Of a stretch of DNA of 64,000 nt, positions 35,976-48,858 are shown piece after piece. The notes beneath the pieces were generated by a model, which saw only the letters and a program-made list of their open reading frames with translations, was not told the origin of the DNA and searched no databases. The stretch is from assembly GCA_965153355.1 (NCBI GenBank), contig OZ231126.1:24490001-24554000 (forward strand), read 5' to 3'. Every line of letters starts with the position of its first letter. Position 1 is the first letter of the stretch. Source of the DNA: Flaccisagitta enflata (taxonomy: Eukaryota). The translations under genes and the position numbers were made by a program.

Positions 35976-37321
35976 AAAGCTTTTGCGACTATTACTTTTT
36001 TGGCATTTTTTAGCTTTTTGAGCATACAGCTCCTGCCCAGATGCCCTAGCAACCTTCTCCAGCCCTGCTCCTGCCCACCCACACACGACTAGGGTAGCCG
36101 TGTATCCCTCCTGGTTGTCTTTCAATTTTTGCAGGAGCTGAATGTAAATGAAGTTGATATGGTCGGAGGTCCCAATAATTGAAATTTTACTGTACTTTGG
36201 AAGATCACTGTAGCTATGTTTCTGAACCAATTTGTGAGATAAAGAAAGGATTTTGACAGATGTTTTAAACACCGCAAGCTGTAATTATCCTCTTTTATTT
36301 GTTTTGAAATTATTTGCAAACGAAGTTGAAAAGGTCTGAGGTCACAAAAATAGAAATTTTACTGTACTTTGGGAGATCACTGTAGCTATGTTTCTGAACC
36401 AATTTGGACAAAATTTGTGAGGTATAGGAAGGATTTTGACAGATCTTTTATACACCGCAAGCTGTATTTTTCCTCTTTTGTTTGTTTAGAAATTATTTGC
36501 GAACAAAGTTGATAAGGTCTGAGGTAAAAAAATAGAAATATTACTGTACTTTGGGAGATCACTGTAGCTATGTTTCTGAACCGATTTGGACAAAATTTGT
36601 GAGATATAGGAAGGATTTTGACAGATCTTTCAAAAACCGCAAGCTGTATTTTTCCTCCTTTGTTTATTTAGAAATTATTTGCAAACAAAGTTGATAAGGT
36701 CTGAGGTCACAAAAATAGAAATTTTACTGTACTTTGTCAGATCACTGTAGCTATGTTTCTGAACCAATTTGGACGAAATTTGTGAGATTCTGAAAGGATT
36801 TTGAAAGATCTCTCTGATGAGACCAACCGCGATTTTTTGTATCAAAGCGTTTAGAAGCAATATGCAAATGAAGTTAAGTTGTTCAGCCATGTACCACTGC
36901 AACAACCCCTAGGACTTCATTTTGGCCAATTGTTGACCAAAAATCCAAATGAACCATATTTTTGTGCTGAAACATACTGATTAGAATGCATATTTTCCAA
37001 AAAAATCAACAATTTTGGTTTTCGTCATTTTTTACAACCACCTTCATCAGGACCTAATATTTGGCCAATTTACGCCCTGTACCTACCCCTCATGGGGCAC
37101 CCCTCATGACCACCCACACCACCACCTACCTTATGTTTTCTTTGTCCAACAAGCCTAAGAATGAGACTTTTTGCCAAAATCTTGACCATTTTTGCATTAT
37201 TTTAGTTTTCAGGCTCCCACATCAAATTTGGCTCTTTTTGGCCACCAATGATGTTTTCCCACTTATATACACCATGCCCCAATGCAAAAAACCGCGGCCA
37301 GCTCAAGGGGACGATATGAGG

Positions 37322-37555
37322 TCATTCTGAGACACCCCACTCCAGAGATGTGTCTTCATAATCGTTAGAACCTTCCGTCGCGGCCATGATGACGTCGTAG
37401 ACTTGCCGACATTGATCCATTTCTTGTGACAGTTTGTCCTTCATAACGCAAAGTCTTTCCGTTCTCGGACATTGATTCAAACCAAAAAAGGACACCCGAG
37501 AAGACGTAGACGCAGTCGAACGGTTATCGTCGCTGTTGAAAGCCGCCATTGTCAC
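37322..37555 (-). pseudogene. Probable displaced N-terminal part of BEL gag (MTMAAFNSDD...)
   Basis: GC-rich ORF abutting the right end of the foldback insertion; joins coding-like sequence at 30257 when the insert is removed. Confidence 0.55.
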
Positions 37556-39465
37556 AATATCGCCCCGGGATGTCGAAAGAAAAGTCCGAGAGAAGAGTTG
37601 ATTTTAAAATTGTTGAAATATGTTTAGCCCACGTAAACGATAGCTCGACTCTGGTATAGCTTTGTCTTGTAGAAATCTCTTACTGTCTGACGATGGTAGA
37701 CGCAAAGGAAATTAGGCGTAGATTGGAAAATGGTGTTGCGATGGTCTCGTTCTTTAGGAAAAATTTCAACAATCTGAGAGGGGGACAAAATGAAAGGGAA
37801 ATTGGGCATGAATATTGGTCAACCAATGCATGAAAACAACATGGGATCAGGATAGACTAAGAGCAGAAAACAGCCAATAACAACATGTACATCTTATGCA
37901 GAGGTTATGAAGCCAGATCAGTACACTGCCCCCGCCCTGCCCATCCCACTAAATTCACCCATGTCACCCCAATAATCAGTTGACCGGACAGAGCGATAAA
38001 ACAATAAAAAATCCCGATGACAAGACAAAATAATAAAACACTAAAAACACTAAAATGATAAAACTTACTTTAGGCCCAATTTCCATGGTTTCCTACCAGC
38101 GTTGTAATTGTCATTAAGGTCAGATGTCCGTTCATATGTCTCTGAAATAAAAGAGATGAGAGACTTATGAAAGACATGAAATTCCTGGGCGCACATCATG
38201 AAAATCACGCAAAATCACACATGCCATTAAGAAGCGATGCCACAATGATGTATACGTAAGTAAAAATCGAAGCATAAAAATATACAACGAAGAAAAATGC
38301 AAAGAGGAATGAAACAAGCCCAAGAGGGCAACAGTCGCATGCGTCAGGAAATGACAAACAAAAGGCCAGGCGATATGTATTGATACAATGTTGATACAAT
38401 CTCGATACAATATCAAGACAATATCAATACAATATCAATATGATACAATACCCAAAACACCAAAACATACCCAAAAATACCCAAAAATACCCAAAAATAC
38501 CCAAAAATACCAAAAAATACCTAAAAATAACTGAAAGTACCCTAAAGTACCCCAAGTACCCAGAAAAACTTAAGTACCCTAAAGTACTCTAAAGTACCCT
38601 GAAGTACCCTAAAGTACCCTGAAATACCCTAGAGTACCTTAGATTACCTTTAAAAACCTTAAAAAGTCATAATTTTAGAAATGTGACGGACCGACGGACG
38701 GACGGACCTACTGACCTACTGACCGACACGGCAAGGTGTAGAGTCGCGTGCACGCGACTAAAAATACGTGAAAACACGTAACTCCAATTTTTGATAAAAG
38801 AGCAAGGCAAGATGGTTAGAACCAGCGCACCATCCACAAAAAATGGAAACGCTCAAAAACAAAAGGCATAGAATTGGAAAGAAAGAAGAAGACAGGAGAC
38901 AACGCCCCTCGCCACCTCTCACGCTGATAAGGTAGAACTAGGAAAACATAAGATCTCGTTCTGAGCCTAGAGGTTGAGTAAGGTAGCAATTTTTGAGTCG
39001 GCTCCTTAGCTGAAGTGCTGATGAGTGGATTGAAAGAGTTTTTGGACTTAGATTATAGAATTTGACTGCAAAAAACTCAATTGGAAGTAATATACGATAT
39101 TTATGCAAATTTGGTCAAAAAGTAGTGGAGTTGGCTTGAGGACAATATTGGGAAAAAACAAGCTGGTGGATTTGGATTTTTTTGGCCCAAATCCCTTAAG
39201 GACTGTAACAGCTGAAATGAAAAAAATTTCCGATTGACCTTTCAGTTGGTGATTATGTGTGGCAGAAGTGTAGCAAACAATTGGTGGGTCTGTTGGCAGT
39301 TATAACCCCCCCTGCCCTTAAGGGGACCAACTTAAGGGGTCCTAAAAATCCAATTTTTTGAGAAAAAAAATTTCCCTCTTTAAAAGCCCGTAAAAAAATC
39401 CTACAAGACAATTCATGAGGAAAAATTTGTGAAAAAATTATTTTCCTGGCCAAAAAAACACAATT

Positions 39466-40690
39466 TAGGGTGTTTTTGGGGTCAAATGGCCATTTTTTCA
39501 AGATTGACCCCCTATTATGAGGCCAGAACTGGATGAGTCAACCAAAAATCTATCTCCTTGTCAAATTTTGGACTCGTTGGAAAGTTACATTGGCCGCTAT
39601 GGCCTATTTTAGCTGTTTTTAGGGTGTTTTTGGGGTCAAATGGCTATTTTTTCAAAATTGACCCCCTATTATGAGGTCAGAGCTGGATTAATCAGCCAAA
39701 AATCTATCTCCTTGTCAAATTCTGGACTCACTGGAACCCTACAATGGCCGCGATGGCCTATTTTAGCTGTTTTTAGGGTGTTTTTGGGGTCAAATGGCCA
39801 TTTTTTCAAAATTGACCCCCTATTATGAGGTCAGAACTGGATTAGTCAGCCAAAAATCTATCTCCTTGTCAAATTTTGGACTCATTGGAACCCTACAATG
39901 GCCGCGATGGCCTATTTTAGCTGTTTTTAGGGTGTTTTTGGGGTCAAATGGCCTTTTTTTCAAAGTTGACCCCTTATTATGAGGCCAGAACTGAATGAGT
40001 CAGCTGAAAATCTATCTCCTTGTCAAATTTTGGACTCATTGGAAGCTTACACTGGCTGCAATGGCCTAATCTAGCTGTATTTGGAGTGTTTTGGGGGTCA
40101 AATGGCCATTTTTTCAAATATGACCCACTATCATGAGGCTAGAATTGGATGAGTCAGCTAAAAACATATCTCCTTGTCAAATTTTGGACTCATTGGAACA
40201 CTGCTATGGCCGCAACAGCCTATTTAAGCTGTTTTGAAGGTGTTTTGGGGTTCAAAAGGCTATTTTTTTCAACATTGACTCCCTCTTTTGTAGTCAGATT
40301 TGATTGCATCAGCTGAAAAGTTATCTTCTTGTCAAATTTTGGTCTCTTTTGAACCCACCATGACTTTTTTTCAGCTGTTTTTTGGGGGTTTTAGGGGTCA
40401 AGCGGCCATTTAAAAAAAAATTGACTCAATTCTTTGAGGCCAAAAACGGTTGTCAGCTGAAAATCCACTTCCCTATTACAAATCCGACTTAGACTTTAGA
40501 GTCATTGCAAGCACTGCCCAGATAATCAATGCAGAAACTTCTGCTGACTTCAGCCGACTTCTGCATTGGCATTTAGGACTTATTGGAACCCTACTCATTT
40601 TGCTGTTTTTGGGTGTTTTGGGGGTCAAAGACCCATTACTCCAGAGGAACCCTGTATTTCAGCTGAAAATCTTCCTTTGTTAAATCAAGG
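39466..40690. repeat. 154-bp tandem repeat array, subterminal in the Kolobok-like element
   Basis: TTAGGGTGTTTTTGGGGTCAAATGGC recurs at ~39466, 39620, 39774, 39928, 40082 and 40236, decaying rightwards. Confidence 0.9.
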
Positions 40691-41704
40691 ACTCATAAGT
40701 TACCCTAATAAGTGTTTTGGATATCAAATGGCCAATTCTAGTTGCAGGCACCCGTTGGTCCGTCTGTCATCAGTCCATCCATCAGTCACTGTGAATCCTG
40801 AGAACCGCCAGGACGATTTTTAGATGACAAAGTTTCTCTCCAGTTTGGTACAGTCCGCATGTAGGAATCAAGAACTGATTATTAAATAATTGAAGCGGGG
40901 TCACAATATCATTGCGGATGGGCGGGCAGAGGCATCCAACCCCCAGCCTCACCCCAACCCCACCCCCCTCCAACACACTCGCGCATACACAATACCAACT
41001 GCAGCAGCATGAATGCGCGTTTTTCGCGTTTTCGACTCAAGCTTGACGGACTAACGGACGGACCAATGGACAGTCAAATAGACAGAGGGGCGCACAAAGC
41101 CGCAACCAAAAATATTGCATCTGGCAATTTCTTTTTATTTGATAGGTCGCAATGTATATCTTTATGAATAAATGAATTAATGAATAAATACAATAATCAA
41201 TAAATAAAGAAAAAATCTTCATTTTCATTTCAGTCCATGAGCACTAGTTGAAAGTAAAACAAATGACGCGGGTTACAATATTGTTGCAGACGGGTGGGCA
41301 GGGGTATCCAACCCCCAACCGTACCCCACCACAACCCCAAATACCCCTCTTACACATAAAAATTAACTGCAGCATCATAAATGCGCGTTTTTCAATTTGA
41401 GTGTGACAAACAGATGGACCGACAGACCAACGGACCAACGAACGGACAAAGCCTCTTATAGACTTTCGTGTCCGCAACTAAAAATACTTTTTTGTGGCAG
41501 GGGGGGGGGGGCATGGGTGTGGATGGGGGTTGGATGCCCCTGCCCAATAATGTGACCCCGTGTCACTTGTTCTGCCAATAACAGTTGTATCAATGGCCAG
41601 AACTGGATGTGTCAAAAGGAAAACAACCTGCCTGCAATCTTTGCAGTGCATTGTCATATTCTATCCAAGCTGCGATGGCCATTTTAATTAGCTTTTCCAG
41701 CGAG

Positions 41705-41905
41705 CAAGACCGGATACACGGCTACCGAAGTTGTGTGCGGGTGGGCAGGGGCCATATTTGAGGTCACTAGACCATTTAGGCAGGAGCAGTGAGGTTAAAG
41801 AAATAAAGTCATAAAAAAAGCAAAATGAGGACCGACCGACCGACAGACCAACTGACGGACGGACGGACAAAGCAGGTTGTAGAGTCGCGTGCACGCGACT
41901 AAAAA
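41705..41905 (-). mobile_element. HINE (AGTCGCGTGCACGCGACT family)
   Basis: Palindrome, (GGTC)n and a GCCGTGTATCCGG hairpin end; similar copies near 17290-17720, 38320-38765, 46660-46818, 50275-50432, 54910-55125 and 59262/61885. Confidence 0.75.
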
Positions 41906-42256
41906 TTGTACTGCGACGTCCACAGACAGACATGGTATATATCTCCTTGTAGAATTGCAAGTTTGGAAACGATTGCATTCAAGGTGGATCACTCCTTCCT
42001 CCACCGCTGTTACCTAGATCCCTTCAAGCACTGTCATAATTCATATCCACTCCCTGATCGTCTTTGTCGATGTCGCCGTTATCATCATCACCGTCTTTTT
42101 TGTCACTGTAATCGTTGTCATTGTTGTCGTTGTCTCCGGCCGCCGTGTAATACAGGAATAGTAAATGCATCTCTATTCATGGACATCCTCCTCTTCTCCC
42201 AATCTCTCTCCTCCCTCCCCCCTCCCTCCTCCTCCTCCTCAGCCACCATCCTGCAT

Positions 42257-42772
42257 TTGGGTGCTTCACATAGCAAAAAGTTGCTTATTCCTTTTCATCC
42301 TCTTGACCTAATGTGGAGTGGTCAATTTTACGACCCTTACCATTTTTCTTTTATCAAAAGTCATTCATCTTCCGTTTTTTAAAAAATTGTTTTTGAGAGC
42401 CTAATTTGTATATTGCAGTGGGATAAAAAAATATGCTGATCTTTTTTGAATTAGCTTTTACAAAGTTCTGCTCTTTAAAGAATCGTTAATCTGCCTTTTC
42501 ACAAGCTCTTTTGTAACTTATGCTGTGATATTTAGATTTATTTCTATAAAAATCATGATTTTATAAAACTAACAATTGTTCCTTTTGTAACAAGACTACA
42601 CAGGATTTTGCTGAATTCTGGGAAATCTGAGGAAACTTTAAGGCCAAAACAAAAACGGAAGATGAAGGAATTTTGAAAAAAGGAAAATGGTCATCTTCAT
42701 GATTTCTTTCACTCCGTATCAGGTTGGCGGGACGAAAAGAAAATCAAATTTTTTGCTATGCGAAGCCCCCAA
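42257..42772. mobile_element. Mutator-like MITE
   Basis: TIR TTGGGTGCTTCACATAGCAAAAA / TTTTTGCTATGCGAAGCCCCCAA; 9-bp TSD ATCCTGCAT. Confidence 0.78.
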
Positions 42773-43439
42773 ATCCTGCATATACAACTAATTTCCGACG
42801 ATGAACAAATTTTCCTGAAAAGAGCTTGTTTTGTCCCCTCTTCTGGTGACAATAGTGACAATATTCAAGAAGAATTCTCTTACTGACGCTAGTCATCCCA
42901 AAGTTCTTACTCACCTATGCCACTGCCTTGGAATACATTACCATTTAATTGCTCATTTAAGCTCATTCTCACTTCACCCAACCCATCATAAACACAGCCA
43001 TCTTATCAGCCTCTATGCAGAAAACTGACTGAATTATAAGCGAAAACGTTCAATTTTTTTTTCATGGATAAAACATTCATTTCAAAATATCAAAATTTCA
43101 GAACCTAAAAGAATGAGTAAAACGAGGAATTTCGCTTTCATGACAGCGACGACTTCTTCTTAATGAAAACGCTCCTAGTCGCTCCTACTCCTCCTCCTTC
43201 ATTGTCAAATTTTGGGTACTGATCTTTTTCAATGCCGGCAAAGTTACTGAAGATTGAATCACAAAATCGGTCTTCTTTGCTTTCGACGGCGGCGGCCACT
43301 CCTCCTCCCTCAAAAGGCAATTCTGACCACTACCACTGCCGCTTCCGCCGCCATCATAATCGCGCATTTTCCGCTGCCTCTTTGGCTTCTTTGGTCGCCA
43401 ACCCCTTGTCCAGCTGTATATGAGGTTCTTGTAAATGCT

Positions 43440-43536
43440 GTGGTTGTTGTTGATGTTATTGTTATTATTGTTGTTATCGTTGTGCTGGTTGTGGTTGTCG
43501 TTGTTGTTGTGGTTGTCGTTGTTGTCGTTGTTGTCG

Positions 43537-43621
<85 letters not shown>

Positions 43622-43715
43622 GGTTGTTGTTGTTGTTGTTGTTGTTGTCGTTGTGGTTGTTGTTGTTGATGATGTTGTTGTCGATGTTGTTATTGATGTG
43701 GTTTTTGTTGTTATC
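43440..43715. repeat. (GTT)n microsatellite
   Basis: Trinucleotide run. Confidence 0.95.
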
Positions 43716-43830
43716 AGCGCTGTTGCTGCTACGGTTCTTTTTTTGTTTTTCCAACTGGCGCGGATATTGCTTCAATTGTCATTTATCTTCCTCGTTTTCA
43801 TCATAGTCATCTTCCCACTCAATTTCTACT

Positions 43831-44445
43831 CACCATCCGTTCAAACTACCGCCAGGCGGTTTTCAGTATTACTCTGGATTTTCTGCTTGTTTACACTCAA
43901 TATGGACCTCCTGAACAAGAATCCAGCTTCAAAAAAATCTTTCTTGTGGCGCCTTTTGAAAAAAATCCAAAATTGATAGTTTTTTCTCTTATTTTGAAGT
44001 CAGAATTTTTAGGGTTGTTAGAAGATCTTTTTAGATAGCATATCTGAATTCCTGATAAAATTTCCTTTCATTTGATAGGTCGCACTATATGTTTTTGAAA
44101 AGAAATAAAATTTTTAATTTCTAAGCCACCGTTACAAAAAGTAATGGTGGCTAAAAAATTGAAAATTTGATCTATTTTGAAAAATATATAGTGTTACCTA
44201 TCAAACGAAAGGAAATTTTATCAGGAGTTCAAATATGCTATCTAAAAAGGTTTTCTAACAACCCTCTAGAGTCTGGGTGCAATATAGAATGAAAAATTAT
44301 CAATTTTGGATTTTTTTCAAAAAGCGCCACAAGAAAGATTTCTTTGAAGCTGGATCCTAGTTCAGGAAGTCCATCCTGAGTAAATTCAAGCGGAAAATTC
44401 AGAGTAGTACTAAAAACCGCCTGGCGGTAATTTGGATGGATGGTG
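43831..44445. mobile_element. Palindromic MITE with apparent TACT duplication
   Basis: TIR CACCATCCGTTCAAACTACCGCCAGGCGG; arms inverted over almost the whole length. Confidence 0.8.
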
Positions 44446-44819
44446 TACTCCTCCTCCTCCTCCTCCACCCCTGGTTCTTGTTCCGTCGCTTCCAGCAATC
44501 TTGCGTTGACGGAGATGGCTTCTTGCATTATTGTTGATTGCGATTCGGGAAATTCCATGCCATGACTTGAAGCTGCCTCAGTCTCATCTCCTGCCCGCAA
44601 ATTGCAAAGTAATTGTTCGGCGTTACAAAGACGGGTTCCTGAGCAGGATGATTATGATTTATGATTATGTTGATGAGTACAAAAACAGACGAGAAAGATG
44701 ATGAACAATGATAAGAACTTGTAAGATGACGTGAGATGCTAGTCATGTCACGACTTACAGTGATGAAACTGATGATAGGCTGATGAAACTTGTGATGATA
44801 ATGATGAAGAAATTAAAGA

Positions 44820-44831
44820 TGGATGATGGTC

Positions 44832-44920
<89 letters not shown>

Positions 44921-44969
44921 AATGATGATAATGATGATGATAATGATGATAATGATGATAATGATGATA

Positions 44970-45047
<78 letters not shown>

Positions 45048-45066
45048 GTGATGGTAATGATTATGA
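44820..45066. repeat. (GAT)n microsatellite
   Basis: Trinucleotide run. Confidence 0.95.
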
Positions 45067-46161
45067 TTAGAAGTTTAGAACTTACAATTTCCGGTTCGCA
45101 CTTCAAGTTGAGCTTTCAATTCAGAAGGCGAGAAGGATGCACAAGGATCTGCGTATTTCTCCGATGCAGCCACCGATTCCACTTCACATTTTTCGTCGGA
45201 CAATTGCTGAATCAGTGTGACGCATGAGAAGGCCAGATGAATTGAGAAAGTTCTAGTTTGTTGAATCAGTGTGACGCATGACAAGGCCAGATATACGACT
45301 TGACTGTTGCGGAAGGTTGGGCAGGGGCAGTAATGCAAAAACTACTCGCAATTAAACAAGGCCAAGTAAAGGCCATTAAGTGCGCCTTGCTTGATTAAGA
45401 ACTTATGAATGAACATTTTTGATGAATGAATGAATGAATGAATGAATGAATGAATGAATGAATGAATGAATGAATGAATGAATGAATGAATGAATGAATG
45501 AATGAATGAAAATGAATGTGGTAAGGCATGAAAGGTGATAGGAACGACGAAATACGTCAGAATCAACCGTTTTGCTCATTTCAAACGTTTGCGTGACCGA
45601 CTGACCAACCGACCGACCAACCAACCAACCGACCAACGGACATGACCTCTTATAGAAGTGCGAGGACGCACTTAGAAATGTTACGGACAGACAACAGACA
45701 TACGGACTGACGATGAAAGAATATGAAATTCAACAATTTTTGCTGTTTATAATTGAAATTATTGAACCAACTGACTAACTGGCAGATGGACAGACAAGTT
45801 TTGAATAAGCCAGGCCGTGCGTAATAAGGATTAGGTGGTTAGTTGAAGTGTTCATGTTGTTTTTCATTTTCAACCGCATTATTCAACATGAGTCAAATTT
45901 CATCGTCACATCCACCTGGCATGACATTTTTGGGATCGAGTCGTGGATATCTTTGCAGTTTTTTTGACGCAGGTGGAGTTGCTTAAACTCGTTTTTACTC
46001 CGCTCAAGACGTTCGCCAGAAAAGCGATTTAAAGGACCATCTGAGCTCTTCTAGAGTTCCATGTCTGCAACTGAAAACAAATGGCGCGGTTCACAATACT
46101 GTTGCAGACGGGTGGGCAACCCGTCCACTCCCCAACCCCTACCCCTCCCTTTACACACTCA

Positions 46162-46394
46162 GGGCGTGTTTCTAGTGACTACTCATAACACGTTTGTTCC
46201 CGTGTAACGCGTTAGCAGCATGAACACTGAACACATATTCATGAATTTTCACTGTCCCACGAGGGAGTGAGCGTGAGTAGTGAAGCGAAGCGCTGCAGAG
46301 CAAGTGAGCGGAGTGAGCGGTGCGAGTGAACAAACGTAGCGAGCGACCGAGTGGCCCGTTAAAAACGTGATCGTCTCTGACTAGAAACGCCCCC
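46162..46394. mobile_element. Short MITE with TCA TSD (PIF/Harbinger-like)
   Basis: GGGCG(TG)TTTCTAGT ... ACTAGAAACGCCCC; TCA on both flanks. Confidence 0.6.
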
Positions 46395-46906
46395 TCATAC
46401 AAACATACAAACAATATAATGGGCCTGTCTATGTTGTTATTGTCACTCTTGACAACTACATGTGTCTTACAACGAGTTGCAATGCCTCCAGCTCTGGATT
46501 TGATTATTTAAGCCCAAGTCATTTTTTAGATATTTTGCTAGCCGCAAAACACGTCCTACCTGGACAAAAAAAGATGACCAAGGGTTTTGTTCGTCCTCCA
46601 TCCAGCCTGCACCGTGAGTAACGATCGGACGAGTATTTTCGAAGTTAGCGATGAAAATTAAACAAGGCCGGATACACGGCCAATACCAGTTGCGGACGGG
46701 TGGGCAGGGGCGGAAATGCGCGTTTTCACACTTTCCAACTTGATCACCACGGACCAACGGACTGACGGACGGACAGACGGACAGAGCTTCTTATAGAGTT
46801 GCGTGTCCGCAACTAAAAACGACTCTCATTCACGAACGCAGGAAAAAGCGAAGTTGATATCTTACCTCTTCACGCCACTTTTAAACAGTGATTTCTTTTA
46901 TCTCCG

Positions 46907-46907
46907 G

Positions 46908-46995
<88 letters not shown>

Positions 46996-46997
46996 AA

Positions 46998-47031
<34 letters not shown>

Positions 47032-47057
47032 AGTCGTTGTCGTAGTCGTCGTTGTCG
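46907..47057. repeat. (TTG)n/(TCGTTG)n microsatellite
   Basis: Tandem run. Confidence 0.9.
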
Positions 47058-47854
47058 ATTATATTTTTTTCAGGTTTTCTCGATTCATTCTCTATCTACA
47101 TCAAAAAAGTAGTTTTTATGAAGATCTAAATCATAACAAACAAGAACGGGATTTGCTCCATGTTACAGATTGACTTTGCTATCAAAGACTTTCACAACCT
47201 TTTTTTTCATGAAGGAAAACTCTATCGTAGGAGAGAAAGTGCACACTCTCGCTCTGATTATTTCACATTAGGACGACTTGATTTCTTGTAAACAAGAGTT
47301 TCGTTGTGCAAACTGCCCATAAATATGATATCACGCGTATGGATTCCTCTCATCACTTAAATACTTTTTCATTTTTTTTATTACTTCCCCTTAAAATTTT
47401 AAAATTCGGCTCTTTGATGTCCTTGCCCGGTCTCTATTTAACCTAAAACCCGTGACAGTTAAGATTTTCAGCAATTGGCCTTCTTTAAAAAACATTAAAC
47501 GCATGGCCAATTCTCAAAGTTTTGCTTTACTTGCAAAATCATGTATGGAATCATTTTTTCCCTGAATAAAGTATCAAAAGGCCTTCTAAGGATTGCATTG
47601 AGACTACCTAGGCCCAAGATTAGCCTGTTTGTGAACTTTCGTCAATTGGCTGTTACAGTCCTTAAGTAACATCTAATAAGCATAACCCAAGTTCAGGATA
47701 CCTTGGGAAAATTCATTTTTTGGATATATTGATGATAGATTTGGGGTTGTCAAGCTTCAAAAATCCATATTTGACAAGGTAGTGGTAGGTAAAAGGGGTA
47801 AATTGGTCATTTTGTAGGCAGTTCAGCCCAAAATTCCATTTTTTAGTCAAAGTA

Positions 47855-48858
47855 CGGTGCGCCGCATTAAAAAGGGAACGTTTTTTGTAAACAGCATTTT
47901 GTTGCGCTAAAATCGATTTTCTAACCCAAATATGGATGAATACGTTGCTTATGCGTTAGTAGTTGATGGATCCGCCTTCAAATTGGATGACATGCTAAAT
48001 ACACCGTGGCATCAAGGCGTACAAGTTGGCGAGGTAGTCGGTGGTGAGTCGGCACCAAATTGTAAAAGTAACTACGTCAAAGGGCACTTTGTATTGCTAG
48101 TGTTTTCTTAACTATTGGCCTGAGACACAAAAAATTCATGACCATTTGAAATCTCTGCAAAAAATCTTCCAAATGCGACGTTGCTGGTCATTGTAGCTTC
48201 ATTCGTTTAGAAATGGCACAGGTTCAAAGACAAAAATCACCAATTGAAAAATGTGCTCATTTTAATATTTTTAGCAGGCAATTATATCATTTCCGTTTTT
48301 GTCGAGGATGCAGCTTAGGATTGTCTTTGCTACTTGATATCCATGGGCAAATTAAAGAGCTTCGAATTTTCTTTTGAATGGCGCCAAGAACAAAAATCTA
48401 ATTCAATGCGTTTGATTTTTATGTTAGAATAAAGATAACCTATTGAAATTATGTTGTGAATTTTCAAATTTTTGACAACCTGTCTCCATCCTAATGCCAT
48501 TTCTAAAGAAATAGAGCTATGGCATCCTGCAAGGTCTCATTTGAAAGATCTTTCGCAGAGCTTCAAAATGGTCATAGATTTTGCTATGTTTTTTTGATTG
48601 CTTGGATGTGAAATACTGACAAACCCTCAGTTCGCTTTTTCATTTTGCCATTTTGCCAATTTTTCCCCATCAAATTTTTATAGCTTCTCTTCAAAGCATC
48701 ACTGCGTCCAAACAAATTGACCGAATTAAACGCGGTTTGCTGCAAACGCTTTGTCTTTCAAAGATCTTCAAAATGGTCACTGATAAAGATACAATTCTTT
48801 TATTCTAAGCTGAGAAACAATGGTAAACATACTGTTCTCTTTTTTATGCGCCGCACTG
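47855..48858. mobile_element. TA-TSD MITE (Tc1/mariner-like)
   Basis: C(G/A)GTGCG..GCAT termini; TA TSD; empty site AAAGTACAATG in copy 2 at ~49830. Confidence 0.85.

Larger units (their letters stand above)
30258..37319. mobile_element. 7-kb foldback-type TIR element inserted in BEL gag
   Basis: Termini TCATATCGTCCCCTTGAGCTGGCCGCGGTTTTT and its reverse complement; arms 31630-33560 versus 36140-37285 are inverted and contain ~182-bp tandem units; no transposase ORF seen. Confidence 0.85.
21146..38030 (-). mobile_element. Decayed BEL/Pao LTR retrotransposon, interrupted by 30258-37319; LTRs not identified
   Basis: gag-PR-RT-RH-IN order with BEL-specific motifs; many frameshifts and stops; outer boundaries approximate. 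Confidence 0.9.
43138..46070 (-). pseudogene. Spliced, decayed gene within the Kolobok-like element; one exon has a RAG1/Transib/Chapaev-like transposase motif
   Basis: Exon-like segments 46070-45916 (GPLNRFSGERLERSKNEFKQLHLRQKNCKD), 45206-45086 and 44638 onward, with compatible phases; stops and a MITE insertion; acidic and Q-rich tail. Confidence 0.45.
39200..47661. mobile_element. Kolobok-like DNA transposon (TTAA TSD, GG termini), decayed
   Basis: TTAA|GGACTGTAACAGC...GCTGTTACAGTCC|TTAA; empty site CCTTAAGTAAC in the paralogous copy at ~49641-49651. Confidence 0.82.

Noticed and set aside
41590-42010. Tudor/PWWP-like FARW...WP peptide after removing the HINE
   Set aside because: Only a few residues match and there are stops; too weak to call
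43254-45227. Poly-V/L/D/M/I ORFs
   Set aside because: Trinucleotide microsatellite translations
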